From Camelus dromedarius (lineage: Eukaryota), in NCBI RefSeq assembly GCF_036321535.1, contig NC_087437.1, forward strand, positions 110,672,001 through 110,736,000: DNA of 64,000 bases, written 5' to 3'. The translations under genes were made by a program, and so were the position numbers. Positions 37,242 to 49,328 of the stretch are shown one piece after another (positions within the stretch are counted from its first letter, which is position 1; the number at the start of each line of letters is the position of its first letter). The notes under the pieces were generated by a model. The model worked only from the letters and a program-made list of their open reading frames with translations, made no database searches and had not been told where the DNA came from.

Positions 37242-37243
<2 letters not shown>
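36922..37243 (+). mobile_element. MER2-like (Tigger) DNA transposon
   Basis: Contains ttggttccaggacccccaaggataccaaaaatcc...tttgcatataacctacacacatcc...tattttcaatcctcagttggttgac. Confidence 0.8.

Positions 37244-37285
<42 letters not shown>
37244..37285. repeat. (GT)21 microsatellite at the end of the MER2-like element
   Basis: Read directly from the sequence. Confidence 0.95.
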
Positions 37286-37287
<2 letters not shown>

Positions 37288-38791
37288 CACAGCACACATC
37301 AAAATCTGTACTTACTGTGTTTATCTGATGGCTTACTCATTTATTTTCCATCTCTCCCACAAGAACATAAGCCCCAACAGGACAGGAACTCTGGGGCCAT
37401 TTGCTGCTATAACCCTAATCAGAGGACAGTAACTGACATGTGCCAAGCACCACATGTATTGAATAAATAAACAAACATCAAAAAGCAGAAGCAGAGGGCC
37501 CACATAACATGGTTACGCCAATTAAACAGTACCTCTTTAGTTTATAATTTGAGAAAAACAAGAGTTCAGAAGAGAAACTCAAACAGCCATAAATATTCTC
37601 AGTTACCAGCTGACCAGTTAGTTTACTCTGTTTAACAAATGAGCTGTTCATTTAAGGTTCTTATAGCAACGATTCTAAACTGCTGGGGGCCTTGTAAACT
37701 GCAAAAGTAACTGCTACCCCCAAGACAATAATGGCTCAAAATGAGCAAAGGGAAGGGGAAAAAAAAAGCTGGCAAAAGAACTGCTGGCCAAGAGCTCTAG
37801 AGTTTCTCAATGATCTTTGCCCACACAATGTCTCCCTTTGTGGCCGGAACCTGATTACTCTATCATTCTGCTCATCTGTGCAAACAAGAACAATGATAAC
37901 CTTCTTTCAAAGAGTACAGCAGGGACCCTTCAGTTAATTACTGCAAATCACTGAGCATTATGGGAAGCCCTCCTGGTGAATGGTACTTAAACTGTAGCTC
38001 AGATCTCCTCCCCTAGCCCTGTTGCCCTCACACCTCCTCCTCCTCCCATGCCCCCCACTTAAAAGAAGGGAAAAAAAAAAGTCTGGACAAAGGCTAGATT
38101 GAAGAATGTTTCAATCCCAAGGGGGAAAAAATTTCTCTGGGGTCAAATGACAAGGAGAGGAGGAAAAAATTAGTATCCAATAAATCAGACTGTAAAAATT
38201 CCCTGCCCAGAATCTTCTATAGGAGACAGAGCAACAAACAGGAACAGATACCCAACAGGCTGAACTTGATCTGTCTGATTGAAACCCCTCATGGAAAAGA
38301 GAAGTTTGCAAGGACATACAGACAGCCAGATGGGTGACACTGGTGCAGCTAGCAAAAAACTAACAAAGGAACAGAGAGTTGCACGTATGGAATTAAACAG
38401 TCTTCTTTAAAATCACTGACCAGAAAAACCTAAGAGTTACTTACCCTCCCACCCCCAATCTTCAGCTGGCCGGGTTTTAACAGCTTGCCCATCAAAAGAA
38501 AAGTACGCACAAATCACAGATATTGAAGATAGAGGAAATTAGACACTCTGGAGACAAATTATGGATGGGTAGTTCAGTGGCTTTTACTTCCTTGTCTCAG
38601 AGAGGTTAGCTCCAATGGCTTTGCAGAAAATAATTAAGGCATAGAAGTTTTAGGGAGACAGCAAAATTATTTTCTCCAAAGTCTATCAATTCCAGGAGAA
38701 GGAAAGAGCCACTTGGGTGGCTTAGGATTAAGTATTAATACTGATGCCACATCGTGGGTATCATAAGCTCCCTTAATAAAAATGCTTCCTT

Positions 38792-38922
38792 GCGGGGAGG
38801 GTATAATTCAAGTGGTAGAGTGCATACTTAGCATATCCAAGGCCCTGGGTTCAATCCCTGGTACCTCCTGTAAAAATAAAAACCTAAGTACCCCACCACC
38901 ACAAAAACAAACAAACAAACAT
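38792..38922 (+). mobile_element. tRNA-Ala-derived SINE (vic-1-like)
   Basis: GGGGAGGGTATAATTCAAGTGGTAGAG...GGGTTCAATCCCTGGTACCTCC. Diverged TSD ttaataaaaatgcttcct / ttaataaaaagtttcct. Confidence 0.88.
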
Positions 38923-38969
38923 TTAATAAAAAGTTTCCTCAATTTATGACATTCTCATAATATGGTAAA

Positions 38970-38974
<5 letters not shown>

Positions 38975-39010
<36 letters not shown>
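38975..39010. repeat. Poly-T homopolymer (T36)
   Basis: Read directly from the sequence. Confidence 0.95.
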
Positions 39011-39012
<2 letters not shown>

Positions 39013-40233
39013 AGAACAGGCAAACTGAGATTTGGTTAAGTTACAAAGTGGTGTCCAGGTCTCAAATAACCCAAGAGCCACAAACTGAAAACCATTTGCA
39101 AGATTTATTCATCACAGCACTTTGACCCATCCCTATTAAAAAAAAAAAAAATTAGGACTTAATAGCTATACGGAGAGGTGGTAGCCAGGGAGACCAAGAG
39201 CTGAGCTGTAATTAGTAGAACAAATCAGGATGCCAGTTTTAATAACTCCAGAAATTGGTTTAAGACTTCTTTAAAAATGTAAATCTACCCTAATTATCTG
39301 AATGATGATGCTAATCTATTTATAAAGAACACAAACGCCTCTGACTGAATTACAGCTCTGAATTCAATTGAAGGGTACAGCTGACAGGGCGAGCCAATTG
39401 CCGCACAGCTAAGGTTCTCCAAAGCAGTTTCTGGGATCTGGGACTTAATATTTAATTCCACAGCAAATGTGCTAAGGTGCAGTACATTTTAAGTGGGTGT
39501 TGATTTGGATAGGCTAAAACCGTGTTACTCACACAGCAATTTTTGAGAAGAAAGGAGCCCAAAGTACATTGAGCTGTTCGCAATTTAGCAAGTACTTGAA
39601 ATTACAGATTGCAAACACACAGCACAACTATACAATCTGCCGCTCCGGAGGTCAGCGGAAAATTCTCTTCCCCAAGTAACTACGTATGTGGGGCTGATTA
39701 ACATGGAAGATCTAGGCCATCCTGCAACGCATCCGGTATTTATGGCCACCAAAACTATGATTGAAAAATAGCGAAAAGGGAGATTTCGAAAGGGATCTAT
39801 GTTCAAATACACAGTGAAGGTGTTTTCACATGGGCAAGTGAGAGAGAAAGAAAACACATTTTATGTATGAGAGAGCTAGCTCTCCACTTACCACTTCCAT
39901 AAGGTTAATATAAAAATGTCTCTGGGTGTGGAAAAGATGACACTGTCTAAAAATCACGTGAGTTATCCACAAGCACTACATGCAAAGATCTCTGAAGGTA
40001 ATACCACTCATATTTTCTTTGCACAATAATTGAGGGCCCATCAAGAGAGACTTAAGTAATAAATTTCAGAATAGATTCAAATGAAGATTTGCATCCACAG
40101 CCGAGGGAGGACAAATCAGAAATCCACACAGAGCAGTAAACCAGAAAAGCACTTCAGAGACTCTTGTCAAGTTGTGCCCAGGATTAACAGTCAAGATGAA
40201 TGTTTCTCAAAAAATACCTTAGCTTCTACTCAC

Positions 40234-40419
40234 CAGGGCATGAAAAGATGACACAGAAAAGATTCCAAGGCGGCCCATTGCCACTTTCGTTGGCCGACTT
40301 GCAAAAGCAAGTAGCCTTTTAGGGTTCGGCAGCTCCCCACCCTGGAGACTAGCTAAATAGCAGCGGTAACGAAATAGGTCCATTTGGAACTGTTCCAGGT
40401 TTTGCTCCCAAACGAAGAT
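40234..40419 (-). CDS. TIAM1: TIAM1 coding exon (186 nt, phase 0-0): [17 protein letters not shown]...[11 protein letters not shown]-Ex region
   Basis: Acceptor cccctgtag|ATC, donor CTG|gtgagt. Translated by hand. Confidence 0.97.
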
Positions 40420-41180
40420 CTACAGGGGTGAAAATATGGGAAAAGAAAGGGGAGGAAAGAGAAGACAAACGTTAAGAACTTCATCCTACACAAATGTTAC
40501 AAATCTATGTGTTGTAAAGGTATTCATTTTAATCCTAAGGGGTAAACAACAGGGACCCTGAGTTTCTTAGGTAACAGCAGGTTAAGTCTTACTGTTTCCA
40601 TAGTTTACATGTTTTTCTGCAGAGATCTATAGTCATACATTCGGTATGAGAAATAGAAAGGATATCCTTCATTGCTCTGTGTCTCCATATGATGGATTTC
40701 ATGTTTGTGGGCATGACAGGGCCACCAGCTGTGGGGTCTGGACCACAGAGCCATGGCAGAAGAAGTGAAAAATGGAGGCTATCCAGCACTGGAAAATTAT
40801 ATGACTTACCAAGAAGAAGCTTTTCATAGGAAGGCAGAGAAGAAGAAAAGTGACTTAAAAATCAGAGGAAAATAAGCCAAGAGCTTTGGGGAGGAGGTGG
40901 GTGGAAGCACGTACGGGGTGGGAAGTGGAAAACACTTAGATGGAGGAGAGCCAGACTCTGGAATACACAGTTCCAAATACCTCTGAGATAGTTCCACAGT
41001 TTTCAAAGAGGCAAAACAATACCCATCTCCTGAGGCTGATATGACAGTTGAACAAGATAATGCAAGAATAAGACTTGGTACAGGGCCTGGCATGTAGTGA
41101 AGGCTCAGAGATGTTAGCTGTGCTGTGGACATTGATTAATGGTTGGTTATCTACCTTCTCACTTCAACTTAAAATACAGT

Positions 41181-41646
41181 GCTAGTGTACACACCTATGC
41201 ACAGCACTATTCACAAGAGCCAAATGGAAACAGCCCAAATGTCTACCAGCGGATGGATGGGGGATAAACAGCCTGGGGTGTATACACACTACAGAATAAC
41301 ATTCAGCCATAAAGGGAATGAAGTACATACGCTACAATGTGGATCAATCTTCAAAACATTATGCCAACTGAAAGAGGTCAGACACAAAAGGTCACATATT
41401 GGGCAATCCCATCTGTATGAAGCATCCGTAACTGGTAAATCCACAGAGACGGAACACCAGGGGCAGAGGGGAGCAGCTGTTCAACAGGTACGGGGTTTCC
41501 TTCTGAGGCGAATGACAGTGTTTTGGAACTAGACAGAGGTTGTGGTTACTCAACACTCTGAATGCACTAATTATCACTGAATTATATACACTTTAAAATG
41601 GTTAGATTTGCGTTATGTGAATTTCACCTCTGTTAAAAAAAAAACA
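41181..41646 (+). mobile_element. Old LINE-1 (L1MB-like) 3' end with TSD
   Basis: Contains gcactattcacaa...atggaaacagcccaaatgtc...cactttaaaatggtta and an A tail. TSD aaaatacagt (41171-41180 / 41647-41656). Confidence 0.85.
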
Positions 41647-42330
41647 AAAATACAGTACCAGGTAATAGACGGAAAGAATAGACAGAGAGAAATATGGAAG
41701 ATCACATGCTGGTCCATGTCATCAACTGTTTGATTATTTAAATAGCATTTACTCACATAACAATTTCCTTCATATTAGGCAAAGTTTCAAAGCGGTACTA
41801 GATAGCTATCACTGACTTTAAAACAATTAAATAGAAGGCAAAAATGTCCTCTGTTATCTCAGTAAATCCTTCCTTTTTAGCATGAAATATACTTATGCTC
41901 ATATACAGAAATTACACATGTATTTCTTAAAACACTCTCCTCCTTTTCTAAATTTAGAAGTCTAAATGTATTGAGGAGTCAGAAATGAATCCCCACCATA
42001 GCTGAGCACCAAGTCAACCTGGTAACGTGGGGGATGAAACTGCAGAGTTTCCAATTACACAGATCCCCAAGAATAACGTGCCATTGGTGGGAGCGAGGGC
42101 CGCCTCTATTAGATTTCCATCTTTCATTCAGTGTAATATTGTTCCCTTTAGCTCAAAACAATCAACTGTGAACAATGGGTGAGGAAAACTGACAGTCACA
42201 ATAAAGATTTTAGCAGCCTGGATGACAGCTGACAACAAGATAACCGACGTTTCTCGATTCCGAGGCAGCAGAAAAACTTTAAATAAGACCTAAGGATTTT
42301 GCCCACATCTCAACACAGAAGAACAATTAC

Positions 42331-42555
42331 CTGATCTAAAATAGTTTTCTTCTTCTTTGAATCGGTGACTGAAGACAGCTGCATCTCACCCATTTTCTTC
42401 ATCTTTTCATCCATGTCAATCTTTTGTTCCAGTTTTTTGATTTCTGACTTCAGGAGTCGGAGCGTGTCTTCTTTGTGGTGGTGTCTTGCGACAGCGGCTG
42501 CACAGGCAGAGTGGATGGCGGTGATCCAGTTCTCCAGCTCCGTCTGGCTGGTGGT
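42331..42555 (-). CDS. TIAM1: TIAM1 coding exon (225 nt, phase 0-0): TTSQTELENWITAIHSAC...SKKKKTILDQ; end of PHn and coiled coil
   Basis: Acceptor ccctgacag|ACC, donor CAG|gtaatt. Translated by hand on the minus strand; this frame is not in the ORF track. Confidence 0.97.
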
Positions 42556-42833
42556 CTGTCAGGGGGAGCAGGGAGTGGGGGCGAAGAAGACACAGGCACT
42601 TCTTAGGTTAGGAGATGAACCAGTGCATTTCCAGACAAGCAATGGCCAAGAGTCAAGGAGGCAGGTCTAGATACCCCATGGGGCAGGCTAACCTTTCTGA
42701 CCTCCTCCTTCAGAGAACAGATAAAATAAGTTAGTCTTAGGTCAGACACCACCCAACCTCCAGCCCACAAGGGCAGTCGGAAATGAAGCCGCCATGTCTG
42801 CTAACCCAGTGTACTTACTGAACTCACTTGTTG

Positions 42834-43267
42834 CAATGGACCCAATGTCTGTGTTCCCCCCAAATTCAAATGTTGGAAACCTAACCCCCAGTGTGATGGT
42901 ATTAGGAGATGGGTTTGGGGAGGTAATTAGGTCATGAGGGTGGAGCCTTTATACAGGGGATTAGTGCCCTTATAAAAAGAGGTCAACAAGCTTTTTTTTT
43001 TTTTTTTTTTTTTTTTGGACCATGAGAATTGCCATTTATTCCCAATGTTCTGAAGTTGCCAAAATCATCACCAAGGATTCACCGAGGGATGTGTAAGGGG
43101 ACGAGGAGGCCCCGGGGGCTCCCTTCTGCCATGTGAGGACACAGCAAGGAGACAGACAACCAAAACCCAACCATGCTCCCACCCTGATCTGAGACTTCCA
43201 ATCTCCAGAATGTTTAAAAGCCACCCGGTCTATGGTAGTTCGTTACAGCAGCCCGAACTAAAACACT
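42834..43267 (+). mobile_element. MaLR solo LTR (MLT1A-like) interrupted by a poly(A)-tailed insert
   Basis: Contains ccccagtgtgatggtattaggag...gggtggagcc...ttagtgcccttataaaaagagg [insert] ctgccatgtgaggacacagc...gttacagcagcccgaactaa. Confidence 0.85.
42992..43105 (-). pseudogene. Probable retrotransposed mRNA 3'-end fragment (processed-pseudogene remnant; parent gene unidentified)
   Basis: On the minus strand there are about 90 nt of non-LTR sequence ending GGGAATAAATGGCAATTCTCATGGTCC, then a pure A25. AATAAA lies 18 nt before the tail. Confidence 0.65.
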
Positions 43268-44764
43268 CATGTATGTGATAATCCTATAGAGCTTAGTTTC
43301 TAGTTAAGAGGGTTGCTGTGAAGCAAAGGCCAGTTTTCAGAAAGTTCTGGTCAGTTCCAAGGGGGGAATGAGGCCGAGGGATATTACTGGCCAAAGAAGA
43401 TGCAACAACCCTGCCCCCGTGAGCTGCAGTGACCTCCATCCTCAGGGCCCGCGCCAAAGACAAGCAGCCGTGACACCATGAGGGCTGGGAAAGTGGTTCA
43501 AGGCAGCCAGAAGCAGCACTGCCCCAGGGGACACAGGGAAGCATCTAGAAACAGCGATCACCCAGCAGCACTCCAGCCACTAAGAATGACCAAGTCAGAG
43601 GGGGTGTGAACACAATGTTGGACAACACCGCCAATGGGCAGGTGACTTCAAAGTGAGCTTGCTGTGACTCCGGGTGCTCTGAACATGGAAGGTGGAGAAA
43701 CAGTTTGAGGAGACAGCTCATGTGTAACAATGTGCTATGACTAATTCTTTAGGAACTCAATCAATGACTATCCCCTTAAGCCCAGAGAAGTTTAATAAAC
43801 ACTCAGAAGTTAGCTCCTCGGAACAAAGGGTCTATTTGGCAACCTCAATATTAAAGTAGCTGACAACATCACTTTTCATACACAAAACACTGGTGTATTC
43901 TTTTCCCTCTGATGCATCCTCTTAAGTTTCCGGACTCATTTGAACGATGACTTGCAAACAAAATTCTACAAACAGGACATCACTGACATTTAAGTCAAGG
44001 CACCACCGCAGGTGTCTATACTATTTCTGAATCTCATCAGTTTTGTGTTCCACAAAGGAAACTGCATCAAATATTACAAATGGTGTCTGCCAGCAGACAC
44101 ACCTAGACAATCCGGCAGTTGTTAGATTTACAATGAAATATTTGCCTGTGTCTAAAGAAGACTTTTCAATAAGCTAGACATTCTCATAAAGAAACAGTAG
44201 AAGTAGCACCCAATAAAACAAATGGAATCATTCTGTGAGGACTGAGTGGAAAAAGAAGAAGAGATAAAGACACTGGAAGTAAAAGGTAGAGAAATTTAGG
44301 AAAAAAATGCACATGTCTGTATATGAGGATTCTCTCTTTTTTTCTTTTTCATTATGTACCTAGGACTTAATCATCTTATAGCTGGAAGCCTGTATCCCTG
44401 ACCATCTTACTCTATTTCACCCACCCCCAACCCATCCTTTAAGAGTTAAAGATTCAGCATAAAATGTTTAATATTTAAACTCCTCTTGGAAAGTGATTGC
44501 CTTACATTTTGCCTTTATATTATCACTTTAAAGAAAAACACAGTTTAAGATTCTCCCACATAGAAAACCACCATGCTTATTCCTGCCTAGTACAACCAAA
44601 ATGTTTGCTGGTAGGGTCTCCTGGTGCTTCAACCTCCATGCATATTTTGCTAGGTGGGTTGTTTTTTCCTTCTTTTTTTATTTATTAGAGAAGGAATCAG
44701 CTCAGATGGGAAAACAACCAAGTAAGAATTCTTTCCTAAGAGAAAAACTTCTTAGAAAAAAAAC

Positions 44765-45590
44765 ACCCTATGTTGGTGAAGACATGGAGCAACCAGAATT
44801 CTTGAGTGCTGCCAGAGAGTACCCTGGTATAGCTCCCTTGGAAAGGTATTTGGTAATTCCTACTAAAGTTGAACATATACACACCTTATGATGCCCAAAA
44901 TGCACTCATGGGTATATACCCAGCAGAAATGCATTCCTATGCTCACCAAAATACTCACCAAAATATATGTACCCCGAAGTTCACAGCAGAATAGTTTGTA
45001 ATGGACAAAGCTAGAAACTATCCCAATACCTGTCAACAGTAGAATGGATGAATGGTGGAGGGTGCGAATAGCTCATTGGTATAGTGTGTGCTTAGCATGC
45101 ACGAGGTCCTGGGTTCAATCTCCTGTACCTCCATTAAAAAAAAAAAAAAACAAAAAAAAACTAGGGGAAAAAAAAAGAATGGAAGAATATAAAGTGTATA
45201 ATCACACAGTGAAATACTACACATCTAGGAGAACGAAAGACCGGTTACTATACATTGTAAGATGGCTCAATCTCACACACATAACATGGTGGACAAGAAG
45301 CCAGACACCCAAGAGAATAGACTACAGGGCTCTATTTATGTAAAGTACAAACACAGGCAAAACGCATGTGCACTATTAGAAGTCAGAAGAGCTGTTTGGT
45401 GGGAACGGGGTCGGGGGGTAGCATCTGGAAGGAAGCACAGAGGTGTCTCTGGGTTGCTGGCCATGTCCTGCGTCTTGATCTGGGTGCTGGCTATATGAGT
45501 GTATAACAGGTGGGGTGCCCAGTCTGTGAAACACCATCAAAACGCATACGTTTTGTGCACATATTTTATACTTTAATAGAAAGTTTTTAA
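44765..45590 (+). mobile_element. Old LINE-1 (L1M-type) 3' region interrupted by a SINE
   Basis: Contains tgttggtgaagacatggagcaaccagaa...gtatatacccagcagaaatg...aagaagccagacacc. Confidence 0.75.
45054..45175 (+). mobile_element. tRNA-Ala-derived SINE (vic-1-like) nested in an old L1
   Basis: TAGCTCATTGGTATAG...GCTTAGCATGCACGAGGTCCTGGGTTCAATCTCC plus A tail. TSD agaatggatgaat (45041-45053) / agaatggaagaat (45176-45188). Confidence 0.88.
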
Positions 45591-46379
45591 AAGATCCTTG
45601 ATATATTACATAATATTCAAGTATAATTTTTCTATAACTATCCTAAAAATATTATACTTCAGAGTCTATTTTCCATGTCCCTGGAAGGCTGTAATGGAAG
45701 TTCCCAACAGCAGGGCATTCTCAGCATCACTCCGTTGTCCTCCAAAGAGCCTGGCAGCATCTGATAAACAGCTAGTCCCTCAAGCCAAAATATGCTTTCC
45801 CCTTTGTATACAACTCAGTGGAAACAAGGAGCTTTTAGACGGAGGGGAGCTGGTGTTTCACCCCGTGGGAATGTTTTGGATGAAATCCATGCAGAGGTAG
45901 CATGTGTCACTGAAGAGAGGATATGTCTCCCGTATAAACAGCTGGTGTGTCAACGCTCAGCGGGAGGTCAGTATCTACTCCCCAAGAGGATCCTCACTCA
46001 TCTCTGCCTCCACTCCTCACCCCCAACCCCGAGGGGGAAAAGGAAACACCTACCACCCTGACATAACATCTGAGGAACAGAAAGAGCTTAAAATCTTAAT
46101 ACAAACTCTGCCAAGTACAAGCTACAAATTTCACATTTTAAATAAATATACTCATTGAGAAGGGGGTCCAGGTGACCATTTCACAGATGAAGAAACTAAA
46201 GCCCAGTAAAATAAGGGATTACAAGATAATTTATTACAAACTCCAATCTCCACCAATCCTACACTTTTCAAAGAAATTTTGTAATATGCTGTGCTCCTAA
46301 ATCCCCAGTCTTCGTCAACTGCTCTAAAAGTCTAGCTGTGGGTTCTTTAGTGTTGTGTACTCATTTTAAGCTCTCGTTA

Positions 46380-46698
46380 GGGACACAGGAGGATGGAATT
46401 TTCCTGATCCCTCTGAAGTTAGACATGGCCATGTCACTTGGCTGTAGCCAATGAATTCGAGTAGAAGTGACACGTGTCACTAAACAAGAGCCTGACTCCT
46501 CCTATTCTTGTCCTGTGAAAGCACATGGCAAGATAGAGCTTCTGTCAGCCTTCGTGGTCCCTAAGTGTCCAGGATGAGATCAGCTTCACAGCCAACATTC
46601 ATCAGACATATGGCAGGAATGAAGAGGTAGGTTTAAGCCACGGAGATGTGAGGGTTGCTCCTTACTGCAGCATAACCTAACCCAACCTGACTGATACA
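46380..46698 (+). mobile_element. Degraded old LTR fragment (MLT1-late/LTR16-like)
   Basis: Contains gaagttagacatggccatgtcacttgg...gccaatgaa...agaagtgacacgtgtcac...ttactgcagcataacctaacc...ctgactgataca. Confidence 0.6.
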
Positions 46699-47057
46699 TT
46701 AGCAAAATAAGAATTTCATTTCAAAATAACTGATGCTTTTTAAATAAAACTCTGTATGTTACACTGTTAACCTCCAAGAGGAGCCACAGTCTGACAGGTT
46801 CTGGAGAACAAGGGCCTTTTGCTCTCTTCACTTAATGAAAAGAGAGCCCCTACTTCCTTCCACCTGGGAAGGTCTCCGTCAAACTCTCCGTCAAGGGCAA
46901 CACACTCCATTTTGATGTCAGAGTTTATGTTTGCCTCCCAGTTAAGGGGTAGAAATGACAGACATATACCAGTTGTGGAAGCTAAACATCCTTTTAAAGG
47001 TATATATGTAATCCTAACAAAATAGCTATCCTAGAATTTATTTATTTAAAAGAAAGG

Positions 47058-47292
47058 AAGATGGTGGTTGCCAGAGGCTGGGGAAAGGGGAGAATGGGGA
47101 GTTAGGGTTCAGTGGGTGCAGAGTCTCAAGTTCTGCAAGATGAAAAGATTTCTGGTGATGGATGGTGATGACAGCTGTACAACATTGTGAATGTACTTAA
47201 AGCCACTGAACTCTGCACTTAAAAACAGTTAAGTTGGTATGTTCTGTATATTTTATCACAACTTTAAAATTTTTAAATAAGACAAAATTAAA
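47058..47292 (+). mobile_element. LINE-1 (L1MA/MB-like) 3' terminal fragment
   Basis: Contains atggtggttgccagaggctgggg...gatggatggtgatg...cactgaactctgcacttaaaa. Confidence 0.8.
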
Positions 47293-49202
47293 AAGGGGGG
47301 GGGACATGCCAAGCCCTATAATCTAGAGAAAGATGTTTAGAAAAGTGTGATTGCAGCTTTATGAAATATTTAGCCATCAGCCCTTTCAACCATTCAGTAC
47401 ACTCAAGCCTCCAAACTCTTTTCAAACCTGTCAGAGACTGAAGGCAGTTCCATTAGAGGGAATTTTCGCTCCTGCTGTCCTGTCTAAATAAAACAGTGGT
47501 CTCTGCCATTCTCTATCATTAAGACAAATCAATTTCTAAGAAGCACAATACACTAAATGCACTAAATTTCAGCAGAGTTTGTCCTTTGGCAGTGGCATAC
47601 CCAGGGCTACATGTGGATGAGAGGGGTGGACAGAGACCGTGCCGACTGTATCAACAGCAAGTTAAACAGAGAAAACTGTTGAGACAGTTCACATACGTTT
47701 ACAGGCTTAACACTTCAGAGCCGATCACCGCAGACCACTAACCTGATCCAAGGTTTTCCAGTGTGGCCACTCCAGGATTTAAACCCTGACATGCTAGAAA
47801 AAGCTTTTCAAAACCGCTAACCTGGCATCACCTTCTTGATCCAGGCAAGTTTAATTAGGGACACCAGGTCTACTCAAGGGCTCTTCATCAGAATCCAGTG
47901 GTCAAAAAGGTAGGAGGGAGAGACCACCCAGTGGTACCCTCTCAACTTCTTCAACCTTCATCACCTTCCATTAAACAAACGGCAGCTGACAGGTAGGGAG
48001 AGTAAATGGTGTGCTTATTCCTTTGCCTGCTGGGGATGCTTTAGATACTGGATAAAGTTCAGTGAAGGGAATAAGCAGGGTTCTTGCCAACAGAGGAATG
48101 TAATCAGCAAAAACTGCCTTTTCCACGAGAGCGCCTTCGAGTGCAGAGTTAAGATGAAGCTCAGGGCTTCACCATGTATTGAAATAGATCCAGCTTCAAT
48201 TATCCAGCTGAAGGGAGGATGCTCAGCCATTTCAGATAATCAGTGGTTTACATGAGCAGAAGGAAAAGGGAAATTCATTTTAAACAATTTTAAAAAACTA
48301 GACAATATAGGCCAGATCTAGGAAACTAAAATTTCAGATAATTTGAGTTTATGGAAGTACAAGAATAATTGCAAAGTAGGGTGCACTTTTTTTTTCCATT
48401 TTAAAAGAACGAAAAGGAAAATAGAGTTATGTATTTTTTAAGAGGCTAGTTAGAAATGAAGTTCCTGTGTGAATTCCTGAAAAATCTTTTCTCACTGGTT
48501 CTCTGTTTAACATATTTTAGAGTTTTATTCTTACAAGGCTTAATTAAACTGTCATTGCTAATACCTATAAAGAGAATTATAGATATTACCCTTTATTTAT
48601 AATCTGGGGCTCCCTCATCCACTGGAGGAAGGCACGTAACGGGGCACCCCTCCCACTCTCATTTTCCCATCCTCTCACCCATCCAAGGTGAATTCTTTAG
48701 GGAAGAAGAGGGACTCCTGACTCCAGGAAGCCAGACACAAAAGAAGGAGGAACTGTATGCTGCAAACAGGGGAACAGTGAAAACCTCCCAGTGAGTGGCA
48801 ATGGCCAGAAGCTTCCCTGGCAAAGCTGAGTAGACCCCAGAACCGGCCAACAATTATCGTCAACTGAATTCCCTTCGCAAAAGGCCTTCCCATCTGTTTA
48901 TGCTGCAGGAGCCACCAGTAGATGATAATGTGCACTGATGCTATCCGAGCACTTCTTTGGTATCTTGTACTTCAACATGATAGGACAACTAAGGATCACC
49001 AGACATTTGATAAGAGCCTCCAGCGTGAAGGGCTGAGACCAAAGCACATGGAAGGAAGTGCATCAGAAGAGAAGAGAAGCAATGTGTGGAGTCCAAAAAA
49101 CTTCCAGGAAAATCTACAATATACTCACACACAAGAGAATCTAGGGCTGTAAACAAACAAACAAATAAATGCACAGGTTACAACAAAAAAGGAATAATAA
49201 GA

Positions 49203-49328
49203 TAGAAAGGAGGGAGAAAGAGAGAGAAGGGGGAAGGAAGGAAGGATGGAAGGGAGGGAGGGAGGAGGAAGGAAAGGAGAAAGAGAATAAGGGAGAAAGA
49301 GAACAAGAGAAAGAAAGAGAAAGAGAGA
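49203..49328. repeat. GA-rich polypurine low-complexity tract
   Basis: Nearly pure A/G sequence (ggaa/gaga/ggga units) over about 125 bp. Confidence 0.9.

Noticed and set aside
38975..39010. T36 as the tail of a separate retrocopy
   Set aside because: No adjacent poly(A) signal or TSD. The context (gcagaacaggcaaactgag) looks like a MIR whose T-run expanded.
42365..42670. 101-aa plus-strand ORF
   Set aside because: Antisense to the TIAM1 exon at 42331-42555.
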